Source: Thermoproteota archaeon (GTDB lineage Archaea; Thermoproteota; Methanomethylicia; Methanomethylicales; Methanomethylicaceae). From it: a stretch of 62,954 nucleotides of DNA. The notes under the pieces were generated by a model. It saw nothing but the letters and a program-made list of their open reading frames with translations. It made no database searches and was not told the DNA's origin. Position numbers and translations under genes: made by a program. The number at the start of each line of letters is the position of its first letter. Position 1 is the first letter of the stretch. The stretch spans positions 1 through 62,954 of the forward strand of contig JARXPE010000004.1 in the NCBI GenBank assembly GCA_029887795.1. Reading direction: 5' to 3'. Positions 19,746 through 29,993 of the stretch are shown in pieces.

Positions 19746-19942
19746 TTGTGAAGAATTATCTCAGCGCCCTTAAATATAATTCTTGAGCTGTAGTCACAAA
19801 TAAGACTGAATGTTAGTTCCTAATCGGGTACTAATTTCGCATACTACTTCATTTAGTCATTTTTATTCTGGTTCTAGTATTGAAAGAGTTTATTTCAGTG
19901 CAGTTTAGGGTTTTGCTCATAATTTTTAAATTGTGTTGAAAT

Positions 19943-22900
19943 TTAGTATTCGTCTATGGAGAGTTGTTTTGAAGTTCTCTTGGATTTTATGAGTGACCAT
20001 TCCTCCTTGGAGACTGTCCCGCCGACCTGCTCTTTTATCAGTCTGGCGGTCTCGTAGCCTATTTGTGGGACCTTTATGAGGTCTGAGGGGGACGCTGCGC
20101 GGAGATCCTCCAATGTCCTGAAACCTGCTGAGTAGAGAGCCCTCGCTCTAACTCTCCCAACGCCCCTGAGCGAGACTAATGGGAGTAGTTCCTCCTTGAC
20201 ACCGTTTTCTATGCGCAGGTAAAGGTTCCTGAGAGGTCCTATGGACTCGGTAAAACCAAAGAGTCTCGCGAGCTCGTGTGTCGAGTGAATCAACCACCTC
20301 GCTGATTCGACGAAGGAGTAAATGTCGCCAGAGCCAACATCAAACCTCTCCACGATGCTGTCCTCAGGGGACTCCTCAATCCAGTCCTTCAGCAGCAGGG
20401 CGGTCTTTACCTCCTCCAAGAGTGACTCGTATTCAGGGTCGTCCTCGTCAGAGACCTCAAAGAGGAATAGATCGGAGTTCGATTCGATGAATGAGGACAA
20501 AGGCTCGATCTCCCTCTTTCTGATATAGAGTTTGGGCATGTCAGGGGTGTGGCATATGAGTGTCAAGTAGCTTATTGGGGGCAAACCCGACCTGCGGAGC
20601 TTTAGGGCATCCCTTATTATCACGGCAGAGACCGGATCAATGTAAAGCTCCGCAACCCGCATGCCGAACCTAGTAGGGATGATTTGGTGGTTCTTATATT
20701 CTACAAGACCTTCTTTTGTGAGCATCTCGAGAGACTCAGCAACCTTCTTCTTGAAGGAATGGAGGCCGTATTGGTGGGCGAAGAGCGTCCTGCCGAAGAA
20801 CTCAAAGAGGTCTTCTTCACTATGTGCTAACCCCGTGGTAATGGTTGCGAGGGTGTGGGACCTGAGTGAGGATGCCGCCCCAAGTTTGGACCAGATCTTC
20901 TCAGGCTCGGATAGGACGTACTCCTCTAAAAGGAAGTCGCGCTCAGCCTCACTCCTCGCCAACAGTATTGCCTCGCCCTCCTTGTCGTACTTGGGCCTTC
21001 CAGCCCTTCCAGCCATCTGCTTCTCCTCGAGAATGGGGATGTTTGTTTGACCGTAGCCAGGCTCGAACCGCCTGTACTCATAGATGAGGACGCGCCTGGC
21101 GGGGAGGTTGACTCCCGCTGAGTTATGTACGGAGAAAGAACCTGTATAACTGGAATCCCCATCTACTTCCAAATTATAAACTAGCCCTTTATAGTCAGTT
21201 TGTCTAATTCTTTTTACGACCATATAGTAATTATCATCGTCTATAAAGTTTATGTTGTAATTTCTGTTGCCTTTTAGGGTGAGAGGGCGATTCAGTATCA
21301 GTCTCCCAAAACTTGCTAGTTGTTTTCCTGAGAGCTTAACTTCATAAAGATCATGCTTGCCCACAATGGCATGGCTCTTATCAGATCGTCTTGTTTTCGA
21401 AATTGATGGCATAAATCCGAGCTTTACCAAAATTGCGAATAACTGTTTAGCTAGGAGGGGTGAAATAGTTGAATAACTAACACATGGCGTCGAACGGTCA
21501 TTATCCTTATAGATCCAACCGTCCCCCATCCACATACCACGAACCAAAGGAATGAGTTTCTCCTTTGGTAAAAGGAGAAAATAATCAGGCAGGTGTTTAT
21601 TAAATGCGCTATCCCCAAAGAGCTCACGAAGTTTTGATGCCAATTGTTTGGAACAGGCCCTTATGATTCTTCTGTTCCTCTCAAAGTCTTTGATCGCGCA
21701 CCTCAACCCTAATGAGCTTAATACGTCAACAATATTTTTTGTTAAACTTTCCTCCTTTGAATTGAGGGCAAACATGATGGCGCCGTTCTTCCCGCAATAT
21801 CCCTCGGCTACAAACAGACCAAATAATTCAAGATACTTTTCTGTCATCGGGATCTTGTCGGTTTTTATCCTTGTCCAGTGTTTACCCACGATACCAAACT
21901 GATTGGCCAATAATCCGGGAGGCGGCAGGTCTATGAATTCTAGGCTAAATTCGGTCTTTATTCGCGGGAATATGACCAAATCCCCCTTCTTGAGATACCT
22001 TGCCTCTACCCATTCTGGTTTTGTGTATTCCCACCAGTGGATGTTATGAGTACGATTATGTATGGAGCGGCGGCGCCTTTTTGCACGAAGCACCTTGTGT
22101 TCAGGTGTCATCCTCATAGGGAACTGACCATAAGTGCTTATCTCCAATAATTTGCCGGCGTAGGGTCTCTGGATTTTAGCGAATACTGTTTTAAATTGAC
22201 CGTTGTGAGTCAGAACTTTATCCCCTGGACTCAGTTCTTCAATTTTTTTTGGACCCCCCTCACAAAATATCTCCTCGTCCCCGGGAAGACATAGGGTAGG
22301 GGTGGCGCATATGCACTTTATTAAAAAAGACCTGAACGCTTCCTCAATCGCCTTCCTCTGCTCGTATGTCAGACCGGCGTGGTGGAATGCAACGCCATGC
22401 GAGACAGCCCTAGAGAGCATGTCGGAGATCCTAGTGCGCTCACCCATTCTAAGTATAGCGGAGGAGAGCTCCAAGAGGTGCTTCTCTTCCTTTCTCTTTA
22501 GAAGGCGCCTGACATGTTCTGAGAGGCGCTTGGCCAGTGAAACAGCAGAGAGCCTGCTGCCGGTGAATATGAGCATCTGGCCGCCCGATTTGATCACATC
22601 CAAGGTGAGGAGGGTGACGGGATCTTTATCTGGTCCGTCGATCCGTACGACGCTACCATCCTTGAAGAAGACCGAGTCGCGGAAGCACACGCCCTCCTTT
22701 AGGGGGACAGGCCTCCAGTCGCTGGTGACAAGCAGCGCATCCAGCCACTCCGCGATCTCGGCGGCGTTCTTTATGGTCGCGCTGAGGGCGAGGAATTGTG
22801 CTTTAGGGTTGGTGATTCTGAGGGCGGTGAGCAGAGCCTCAAGCGTCGGGCCCCTTGACGGCTCACCCAAGAGGTGAACTTCGTCGGCGACGATTAAGGA

Positions 22901-23317
22901 GATCTTATCGATCCATTGTGGTCTGTGCCTTATTATCGAGTCAGCCTTTTCGTTTGTTGCGATTATTAGGTCGTATTTCGCGAGGGAGGGATCCACGGTG
23001 TCAAAGTCCCCCGTAGAGAGTGCCACTTTTATCCCTAGATCCTCAAGTAGTCTGAATTCTTCGTACTTCTCGCTGGCCAAAGCCTTTAGCGGGACTAAGT
23101 AGAGAACCTTACCCTGCCTTTCCATAATGTGCTTTATTGCGCAGAGTTCAGCAACGAGGGTTTTTCCAGAAGCGGTCGGGACTGAGAGTACCAGGTTTTT
23201 ACCTTCCAGAACCCCTGCTCTAATTGCCTCTTCTTGTGGAGGGTAGAGTTCCTGTATGCCCGTCTTCAGTAACGCTTTTTTAGCGGCATCAGGTATTGGG
23301 AGATCCTCAACCCTAAT
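19943..23317 (-). CDS. hel308: Hel308/Ski2-like DNA helicase precursor with intein; probable AUU start
   Basis: Frame open upstream of the called ATG through the Q motif (LYPPQ) and Walker A (PTASGKT) to ATT at 23317 behind GGAGG; DEVH, ALSAT, FHHAGL, QMAGRAGRP, C-terminal HhH. Confidence 0.92.
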   Translation of the reverse strand: MRVEDLPIPDAAKKALLKTGIQELYPPQEEAIRAGVLEGKNLVLSVPTASGKTLVAELCAIKHIMERQGKVLYLVPLKALASEKYEEFRLLEDLGIKVALSTGDFDTVDPSLAKYDLIIATNEKADSIIRHRPQWIDKISLIVADEVHLLGEPSRGPTLEALLTALRITNPKAQFLALSATIKNAAEIAEWLDALLVTSDWRPVPLKEGVCFRDSVFFKDGSVVRIDGPDKDPVTLLTLDVIKSGGQMLIFTGSRLSAVSLAKRLSEHVRRLLKRKEEKHLLELSSAILRMGERTRISDMLSRAVSHGVAFHHAGLTYEQRKAIEEAFRSFLIKCICATPTLCLPGDEEIFCEGGPKKIEELSPGDKVLTHNGQFKTVFAKIQRPYAGKLLEISTYGQFPMRMTPEHKVLRAKRRRRSIHNRTHNIHWWEYTKPEWVEARYLKKGDLVIFPRIKTEFSLEFIDLPPPGLLANQFGIVGKHWTRIKTDKIPMTEKYLELFGLFVAEGYCGKNGAIMFALNSKEESLTKNIVDVLSSLGLRCAIKDFERNRRIIRACSKQLASKLRELFGDSAFNKHLPDYFLLLPKEKLIPLVRGMWMGDGWIYKDNDRSTPCVSYSTISPLLAKQLFAILVKLGFMPSISKTRRSDKSHAIVGKHDLYEVKLSGKQLASFGRLILNRPLTLKGNRNYNINFIDDDNYYMVVKRIRQTDYKGLVYNLEVDGDSSYTGSFSVHNSAGVNLPARRVLIYEYRRFEPGYGQTNIPILEEKQMAGRAGRPKYDKEGEAILLARSEAERDFLLEEYVLSEPEKIWSKLGAASSLRSHTLATITTGLAHSEEDLFEFFGRTLFAHQYGLHSFKKKVAESLEMLTKEGLVEYKNHQIIPTRFGMRVAELYIDPVSAVIIRDALKLRRSGLPPISYLTLICHTPDMPKLYIRKREIEPLSSFIESNSDLFLFEVSDEDDPEYESLLEEVKTALLLKDWIEESPEDSIVERFDVGSGDIYSFVESARWLIHSTHELARLFGFTESIGPLRNLYLRIENGVKEELLPLVSLRGVGRVRARALYSAGFRTLEDLRAASPSDLIKVPQIGYETARLIKEQVGGTVSKEEWSLIKSKRTSKQLSIDEY
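21122..22291 (-). mobile_element. intein with LAGLIDADG homing endonuclease (390 aa) in helicase motif V
   Basis: ATPTL|CLPGDEEIF...MTPEHKVL...LFGLFVAEG...RGMWMGDG...VYNLEV...SVHN|SAGVNLP; DNA visibly AT-richer than the host gene. Confidence 0.93.
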
Positions 23318-23330
23318 TTTCGGCCCTCCG

Positions 23331-25400
23331 TTAGGCCTTCTTTATGTAACCAGGCTTCGCCTCGTATATTATTCCCTCGTTGGTCCACTTTGCAAGAGCA
23401 TTCTCTACAAAGCTCCTGTTGAAGCCCTCCACCTCTGCTCTGGATATGAAGGACTCTCTCTTTATTGGACCCATCTCGTTCTCCCTTTCCATTGCCATTA
23501 GGAGGTCGAAGAGAGCTGCAAGCTTGTCGCTCGCAGACTTTGGTCTGCCGACCATTATGGTGTCGATGTCGACCTTGCCTGTTGTCCTGTCGATGCCTAC
23601 CTGCATGAGGTATGACTTCATAAGCTTCGTTACGGGCTCCACGTCTTCCTCCGTGACCTCCTCCTTAAGAGCCAGTTTGGCTCTAGCCTCTGCGAGCCTG
23701 ATTACCGCCTCAAGCTGCCTCATGGTTATCGGGACCGGCGAGTCTGCGCCCTCTCCCTTGCTCCTCATCTCCAAGAAGAACTCCTCGATCTTCTTGCTGG
23801 CGCCTGGACTCAGTTTGGGGTTGGCGTTTTTGCGGACGTAGTAGAAATACTTCTTGAGGAGGGACGGGTCTATTGTGGGAAGCTTCCCAGAGGGCATTCC
23901 CTGGTGTAGCGCAAGTATGTGCTCAGTCATTGCCCTGTCCCTAGCCTCTTCTGGACGGTCTATCAGGACGAATATCAAGTCGAACCTAGAGATTATGGTT
24001 ACAGGCAACTCGGATATGTTCTCGGATATGGAGCGCTGAGGGACGTAGCGACCGAAGGTCGGGTTGGCAGCCGCGAGTATGCTCGTTCTAGCGTTCAGCT
24101 GAACAACGATCCCGGCCTTGGCTATGCTTATAGTTTGCTGTTCCATCGCTTCATGTATTGCAGATCTGTCCTCTGGGCGCATCTTGTCGATCTCGTCAAT
24201 GCAGGCGACGCCCTTATCAGCGATCACCAAGGCACCAGCCTCAAGGAAGAATTCATTCGTGTTCTTGTCCCTTATCACCGTGGCGGTGAGACCAGCTGCG
24301 GTTGAACCCTTCCCCGACGTGTAAATGCCCCTCGGAGCGACTTTGGCTATGTATTGAAGAAGTTGGGACTTTGCCGTGCCTGGGTCTCCGACGAGGAGGA
24401 TGTTGATATCACCCCTTATCTTTATGCCATCAGGCATAATCTTGGTAACGCCACCGACTAGCTGGTATGCGATCGCCTCTTTGATCTCCTCGTAGCCGTA
24501 TATGGAGGGGGCTATTGAGGAGAAGATCTTCTGGTAGAGAAGGGGGTCCTTGGAGAGCTCCTTTATGGCTCTCTCGTCTTCAGGGGTGATCTGGATCTCC
24601 TCAGTGCCCTTCTCGGAGATCTCGATGTAGTTTGTGTCTATACCAGTTGAGAAAGTTGCTAGCCTGAAACCTTTTGACGTGAACTCCTGCTTCGCTTGGA
24701 GAATCCCTACCACATAGACCCTGTCGCCTGGACGGGTGACGTCGACAATGTCTCCCTGCAGGACGCACTCTATGGATCGTGGTAGCTGACCGGGCGGTAG
24801 CTCCTCGGGCCGCTCCTGGAGCTGTATCATCTGCCAGTCCACAAAGGTCGATTCCTCTGGTATTAGCCTGAAGAAGCCCTTTCGGGCACAGTCAGGGTTA
24901 GTGCACTGCGGGGGCATGACAAGCACGGTGCCAGTCTGCTCCATCTTTATCTTCTCTCCGCACTTAGGACATTGGAAGACCGCGATCTTGAGGAGTTGCT
25001 TTATGACGGAGGCCCTAGTGATTATGCCCTCCACCATTATGAGCTTGCCCATGAAGGAGGACTTGAGGGCGCGGAGCGGTATTACCTCGTCCAGCTTTCT
25101 GAAACGGGCCTTAAACTCCTTAACCTTGGCGGCGTAGTCCATGTTCTCTGCGCGCATGGCATCAGATATGGCCAGGTTAGCCTTGGGCAGCACAGCGGCG
25201 GGCTTTTCCTTCAACTCGGCCGCTAGGTCCGGATCAAAGGATATCAGATCATCGAAGTCTATAATCAAGGATGTCTTTCCAGAGGAGGCCATCTGGGCGA
25301 TCGCGTCCCGGTACTTAAAGGCGCCCCTCTTATCCTGAAAAGACTTTAAGAAGTTTACGAAACGCTCCCTATAATCCATTGTTTCTTGGAGTAGTTCCAT
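23331..25400 (-). CDS. mcm: MCM replicative helicase
   Basis: Zn finger CPKC...C..PDC, GDPGTAKSQ, IDEIDKM, SRFD, RQLEAVIRL; no intein. Confidence 0.97.
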   Translation of the reverse strand: MELLQETMDYRERFVNFLKSFQDKRGAFKYRDAIAQMASSGKTSLIIDFDDLISFDPDLAAELKEKPAAVLPKANLAISDAMRAENMDYAAKVKEFKARFRKLDEVIPLRALKSSFMGKLIMVEGIITRASVIKQLLKIAVFQCPKCGEKIKMEQTGTVLVMPPQCTNPDCARKGFFRLIPEESTFVDWQMIQLQERPEELPPGQLPRSIECVLQGDIVDVTRPGDRVYVVGILQAKQEFTSKGFRLATFSTGIDTNYIEISEKGTEEIQITPEDERAIKELSKDPLLYQKIFSSIAPSIYGYEEIKEAIAYQLVGGVTKIMPDGIKIRGDINILLVGDPGTAKSQLLQYIAKVAPRGIYTSGKGSTAAGLTATVIRDKNTNEFFLEAGALVIADKGVACIDEIDKMRPEDRSAIHEAMEQQTISIAKAGIVVQLNARTSILAAANPTFGRYVPQRSISENISELPVTIISRFDLIFVLIDRPEEARDRAMTEHILALHQGMPSGKLPTIDPSLLKKYFYYVRKNANPKLSPGASKKIEEFFLEMRSKGEGADSPVPITMRQLEAVIRLAEARAKLALKEEVTEEDVEPVTKLMKSYLMQVGIDRTTGKVDIDTIMVGRPKSASDKLAALFDLLMAMERENEMGPIKRESFISRAEVEGFNRSFVENALAKWTNEGIIYEAKPGYIKKA

Positions 25401-25401
25401 A

Positions 25402-25971
25402 TCATCTCATCCCTTCTGAAAGTATCCTCTGCCTCCACTCCTCTATCTCAGAGCGGAGGGTGTTGAAGAGGGCCAGCTCCTCCGGCTCCAGCATCTCTAT
25501 CGAAGGTTTTGAGGGCACCCTTTCGAATGACAGCCGGAGGATCTTCTGGAGTCTACAGTTTAGTAGGTCTAGTGCCTTGATAGAGACCTGCCTCTGCTCG
25601 TTGAGGGCGGCAGGGGTGGGGTTCTTCTTAATATTATCGTTTAGTGACCTGAGGAGCTCCCTCAGCCTCGGATAAAAGTTGGGAGGGAGCTTCGAGAGGG
25701 ATTCCGACCTTTCCTCCTTCCAAGAGAGTTTTATGACGTCGTTGGACTTTAGCTGCAGTTCCTCCTTGGTCTTGATCTTTACGTAGCCTTCCTCCTCCAA
25801 TGCCTTTGCTGCCCAGAGCGGGATCTTCAGCTCTGAGCCCTCCACCGGGGAGCCCATGTCCTCCCCACCGATCTTCAGCTGGGGGAGGGGTTTCTGGAAG
25901 ACCACCTCCACAGGACCCTCCTCGTAAAGGAATTGTGAGAACCTTATTTCGTCAGGGGGTCTGGGGGGCAT
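25402..25971 (-). CDS. GINS complex subunit (Gins23 type)
   Basis: N-terminal beta domain (IPLWAAKAL), LSKLPPNFY, RLQKI; directly upstream of mcm. Confidence 0.85.
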   Translation of the reverse strand: MPPRPPDEIRFSQFLYEEGPVEVVFQKPLPQLKIGGEDMGSPVEGSELKIPLWAAKALEEEGYVKIKTKEELQLKSNDVIKLSWKEERSESLSKLPPNFYPRLRELLRSLNDNIKKNPTPAALNEQRQVSIKALDLLNCRLQKILRLSFERVPSKPSIEMLEPEELALFNTLRSEIEEWRQRILSEGMR

Positions 25972-26002
25972 AGTAATATCTCTCTCCCGCTAGGGATTTT
26001 AA

Positions 26003-26722
26003 TCATTTGGTAAGCCTCAAAGCCTTCAGCGAATTGTAAGCCGGAACCGAAACAATTATGCCCACAAGGACCTGACCTATATTGAACGGAACCTCGGCGA
26101 TGGCGACGTAGCCCAATACGAACTGTTCGTAAAGATAGTATCCAAGAACCATAAGGCTACCGGATATGGAGCACGACAGCACGAGCCAGCCGACCTCTGG
26201 GCGGACCATGAATGAGATCACCATCAGTGCAACAAAGGATGCGACAGCCAATACCGCCCAAAATAGTTCGGTTAGAGCGATATTCAGAGTCGAGGAGATC
26301 CCTGGGAGCCCTATCGAGAGTTCGGAAGATCCCACGTAGTATCCCCTCCCGATGAGAAATACAGAGGCTGAGAGTAGGAGCGCCACGCATGTTGAAAGGA
26401 GGCGCCAGCTCCGATCTGAGAGGTTCGGAGCTTTTTTTGCAAGAATGCCAAGCACCCCACCCTCTAGACCCTTAATCACGAGTGTGGCAGGTGCAAAAAA
26501 GAGGTAGCCAAGGGAGATGTCGGCTAGCATTGAACCGACTCCACCAGCGAAGGCACCAACGTAGGGACCTGCCAAGAGTGCCACAAGGTAAACCGCGGAC
26601 TCGCCGATGTTGAAGTAGCCACGGGTGGCGGGCACGTATACGGTGAATATGAGGGTCGATATCGTGACAAGACCTGTGTAGAAGGCTACGAGTGGAATGG
26701 TCCTAGCCCTAGGCATTTGCAC
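26003..26722 (-). CDS. ECF transporter S component
   Basis: PATRGYFNIGE, GVGSMLAD, PATLVIKGLEG, multiple TM helices. Confidence 0.88.
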   Translation of the reverse strand: MQMPRARTIPLVAFYTGLVTISTLIFTVYVPATRGYFNIGESAVYLVALLAGPYVGAFAGGVGSMLADISLGYLFFAPATLVIKGLEGGVLGILAKKAPNLSDRSWRLLSTCVALLLSASVFLIGRGYYVGSSELSIGLPGISSTLNIALTELFWAVLAVASFVALMVISFMVRPEVGWLVLSCSISGSLMVLGYYLYEQFVLGYVAIAEVPFNIGQVLVGIIVSVPAYNSLKALRLTK

Positions 26723-26916
26723 ATCCCCAGAGTTTGTATTCAGAAGACGGCAGACCGTTATTTAGTGCTTTCTGTACATATTTGATGCTCGATTTTAAGA
26801 TAGTACATACCTTATTTGGTCAGCGCAGGTCTGAAGATAAGGACGAAGATCTGTGAATCAATCCTCCTTAGAGTTAAATATCCGACCTAGCTAAGAAGAT
26901 AGAAGGGTGTAACGTA

Positions 26917-27900
26917 ATGTCGGTGGTCCGTCCTGAGATCCGAGAGGTAATGTGGGCCGAGAAGTACCGCCCAAAGACTCTAGACGAGATAGTCAACCAA
27001 GAAGAGATCGTGGAGAGGTTGAAGAGGTTCGTTAAGGAGAGGTCTATGCCCCATTGCCTCTTCGCTGGACCTCCTGGAACTGGAAAGACGACGGCGGCCC
27101 TTGCATTGGCAATGGACCTCTTCGGAAAGGAATATCATAAGAATTACCTTGAGCTGAACGCCAGCGACGAGAGGGGGATAGACGTTATCAGAACGACTGT
27201 TAAGGATTTTGCCAGGACTGTAAGCATGGGAGACGCCCCTTTTAAGATACTAGTGCTGGACGAGTCGGACAACATGACGACAGAGGCCCAACAGGCGCTC
27301 AGGCGGACAATGGAGATGTACACGAATACATGCAGGTTCATATTGGCCTGCAATTATTACACAAAGATCATTGAGCCCATCCAGTCGAGGTGTGCCTTCT
27401 TCAGGTTCACGCCACTGAAGGCAGAGGACGTTAAGGCGAGAGTAAAATACATCTGCGATATGGAGGGAGTGGAGATAACTCCAGAGGGTTTAGAGGCGCT
27501 AGTATACATAGGGGGAGGTGATCTCAGGAAGGTCATAAACACGCTGCAGGCGGCGGCAGCTCTAGGAAATAAGGTGGATGAAAAGGTCATTTACAGGATC
27601 GCTGGCAGGGTAAGCCCCAAGGAATTGAAGCTCGTCCTAGAGAGGGCCCTTGATGGGGACTTCGCCTCTGCTAGGAACGAAGTGATGAGACTCATCACAG
27701 AGTATGGGCTTTCTGGGCTCGATGTGGTTAAGCAGATTCACAGAGAGGTACTCTGGCTCGATGTTGATGAGAAGCTGAAGCTAAAGATAATAGACCTGCT
27801 GGGCGAGACCGAGTATAGACTTCTAGAAGGCGGAAGCGACGAGGTCCAGCTGAACGCCCTGATAGCCAAGATAGCAATGGTTGGCAAGGGCGGAACCTAA
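26917..27900 (+). CDS. rfcS: replication factor C small subunit
   Basis: WAEKYRP, GPPGTGKT, ELNASDERG, AQQALRR, IQSRC. Confidence 0.96.
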   Translation: MSVVRPEIREVMWAEKYRPKTLDEIVNQEEIVERLKRFVKERSMPHCLFAGPPGTGKTTAALALAMDLFGKEYHKNYLELNASDERGIDVIRTTVKDFARTVSMGDAPFKILVLDESDNMTTEAQQALRRTMEMYTNTCRFILACNYYTKIIEPIQSRCAFFRFTPLKAEDVKARVKYICDMEGVEITPEGLEALVYIGGGDLRKVINTLQAAAALGNKVDEKVIYRIAGRVSPKELKLVLERALDGDFASARNEVMRLITEYGLSGLDVVKQIHREVLWLDVDEKLKLKIIDLLGETEYRLLEGGSDEVQLNALIAKIAMVGKGGT

Positions 27901-29119
27901 GGAAAGTTTGGTGGGAGCCAAGTTGGGCGCCCCTTGGTCTGAGAGTTACAAGCCAAAAACTCTGCAGGAGCTCGTCGGGAATTACGATTCGGCAGAGGAG
28001 CTATTGAAATGGGTAAAGGAGAGCATCGCGGGGAGGGCTGACAAGAAAGCGGCGCTCGTATGCGGACCACCTGGCACGGGTAAGACCCTTGCAGTAAATC
28101 TGATTGCGGATGCCTTGAATTTAGAACTAATAGAAATGAACGCGAGTGATTTTAGGACTGAGGAGGCTGTGGAGAGAGTCGCGGGAGGCGCGACTTTGCA
28201 AGGCTCACTGCTGGGTAAGAAGGGAAAACTGATATTCTTTGACGAGCTCGACGGGATATCAGGTAAGGAGGACAGGGGAGGGCTCGGGGCCATTATGAGA
28301 ATAATAAAAGAATCCAAGTACCCTGTAGTGCTCGCGGCGAACGATCCCTGGGATCCGAGGTTTAGGCAGCTGAGAGACGTCTGCCAAATGATAAAGTTCA
28401 AGAGGATAAGGGCGCCTAGCATAGTGGTTAGACTCAGGAGGATAGCGCAACTGGCAGGTGTGAGTGTGGAGGATGAGGCGCTGAAGAAGATAGCGGAAGC
28501 AGCAAACGGGGACATGAGGGCTGCTGTGAATGACCTGCAGATGCTGGCCGAGGGTAAGAAGATCCTGAGAGCGGCGGATGTGGGGAGGTTGTACTCTAGG
28601 ACTCAGGAGATGGGAATATTCGATGTTATGAAGGAGATCTTCTCGGCTAATACCATAATGGAAGCTAGGGCGGCAGCAGAGAGTGCCTCTGTGGATCTAG
28701 AGATGCTGCTCCAGTGGATCAACGAGAACATACCCAACCAGTACAACGACCCACGCGAGAGGGCGGAAGCCTACGACTGGTTCTCAAAGGCAGACATATT
28801 CATGAATAGGGTGAAGAGAAGGCAGATGTGGGATCTAATCAGTTATGCGGTGGAGCTGGCAGTGGGCGGAGCTGCACTGGCGAGAAGAGGACCATACAGG
28901 TTCACGAAATACTCGTTCCCAACGAGAATAGGCATCCTAAGCCAGAGCAAAGAGACTAGGGGAAAGCTGATGGAAGAATACATGACACTCGCGAAGGAAC
29001 TGCACACCTCCGTTAAGAAGGTCAGGACAGAATATCTACCCTACATAGAGATACTTGATGAGGCAGGGCAGAGACCGTTCTTCAGGTCTGTCGGGAGTAG
29101 TAGGGAGAGCGGAGGCTGA
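27881..29119 (+). CDS. rfcL: replication factor C large subunit
   Basis: WSESYKP, GPPGTGKT, EMNASD, DELDG, GDMRAAVNDLQ, WINEN. Confidence 0.93.
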   Translation: MARAEPKESLVGAKLGAPWSESYKPKTLQELVGNYDSAEELLKWVKESIAGRADKKAALVCGPPGTGKTLAVNLIADALNLELIEMNASDFRTEEAVERVAGGATLQGSLLGKKGKLIFFDELDGISGKEDRGGLGAIMRIIKESKYPVVLAANDPWDPRFRQLRDVCQMIKFKRIRAPSIVVRLRRIAQLAGVSVEDEALKKIAEAANGDMRAAVNDLQMLAEGKKILRAADVGRLYSRTQEMGIFDVMKEIFSANTIMEARAAAESASVDLEMLLQWINENIPNQYNDPRERAEAYDWFSKADIFMNRVKRRQMWDLISYAVELAVGGAALARRGPYRFTKYSFPTRIGILSQSKETRGKLMEEYMTLAKELHTSVKKVRTEYLPYIEILDEAGQRPFFRSVGSSRESGG

Positions 29120-29993
29120 CCGCCTTCAGAAAGAGTGCCCTCAGGTCGTCATCTGAGGTCCCGCACCTCATCGGGCCCAAGAGGTCCACGAGGTTGTCAG
29201 AGCGCATCAGGCAGGGCTTTATCTTCCCGTCACTCGTCACCCTTATCCTTGAGCATCGGGCGCAGAATTCTGGGTTGTTGGTTGGGCGGACCACCTCCAC
29301 GGGTGTGCCACCGACTATGTAAATGCGCCTTTGGTTCATATCCTCCCTTAGCAAGACGCGCTCAGCCATTTTTTGTAACATTAATTCAAGTTTAGAGAGA
29401 TCCAAGTAATGGGTGCTGAAGAAAGAGTCGTCCAAGTTGAGGTTCTCTAGTTCAATAAACTGCAAAGAGCCGTTTACAGCAGATGCGAGTTCTATGAAGC
29501 GGCGGACCTCCCCCTCGTTCACCCCCTTCATCAGCACAGTGTTGATCTTTATGTTTATTCCGCCCTCGGCAGCCTCTCCTATTCCGCTTATTGTTCTCGA
29601 GAGATCCCCACCTGTAAGGGAGAAATAGAGCGACGGGTCCAAGCTGGGGATGGAAACGTTCATCCTTTTGAGGCCTGCCCTCGTAAGTTCCGGGATCCTT
29701 CCCTTCAGAAGTGTGCCGTTTGTGGTTATTGCCACATCCTCTAGCCCCATCGCGACAGACCCCTTTATGATCTCAGAGAGATCATCCCTAAGGAGGGGCT
29801 CACCCCCAGTGTATTTGACTCTCCTGATACCTAGGGAGGATGCGATCTTGAGTATCCTCAGAACCTCGCCAGCAGTCATCTCCTCGGATGTCCTACCCTC
29901 TCCCTCGTGGTGGCAGTACCTACAGTTGAGGTTGCACCTCTGCGTGAGGCTTATCCTAAGACCGGTGATCCTCCTTCTGTAAGGGTCAATCAT
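29082..29993 (-). CDS. moaA: GTP 3',8-cyclase
   Basis: LRISLTQRCNLNCRYC, TGGEPLLR, FCARCSRIRVTSDGKIKPCL. Confidence 0.95.
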   Translation of the reverse strand: MIDPYRRRITGLRISLTQRCNLNCRYCHHEGEGRTSEEMTAGEVLRILKIASSLGIRRVKYTGGEPLLRDDLSEIIKGSVAMGLEDVAITTNGTLLKGRIPELTRAGLKRMNVSIPSLDPSLYFSLTGGDLSRTISGIGEAAEGGINIKINTVLMKGVNEGEVRRFIELASAVNGSLQFIELENLNLDDSFFSTHYLDLSKLELMLQKMAERVLLREDMNQRRIYIVGGTPVEVVRPTNNPEFCARCSRIRVTSDGKIKPCLMRSDNLVDLLGPMRCGTSDDDLRALFLKAVSLRSPYYSRQT

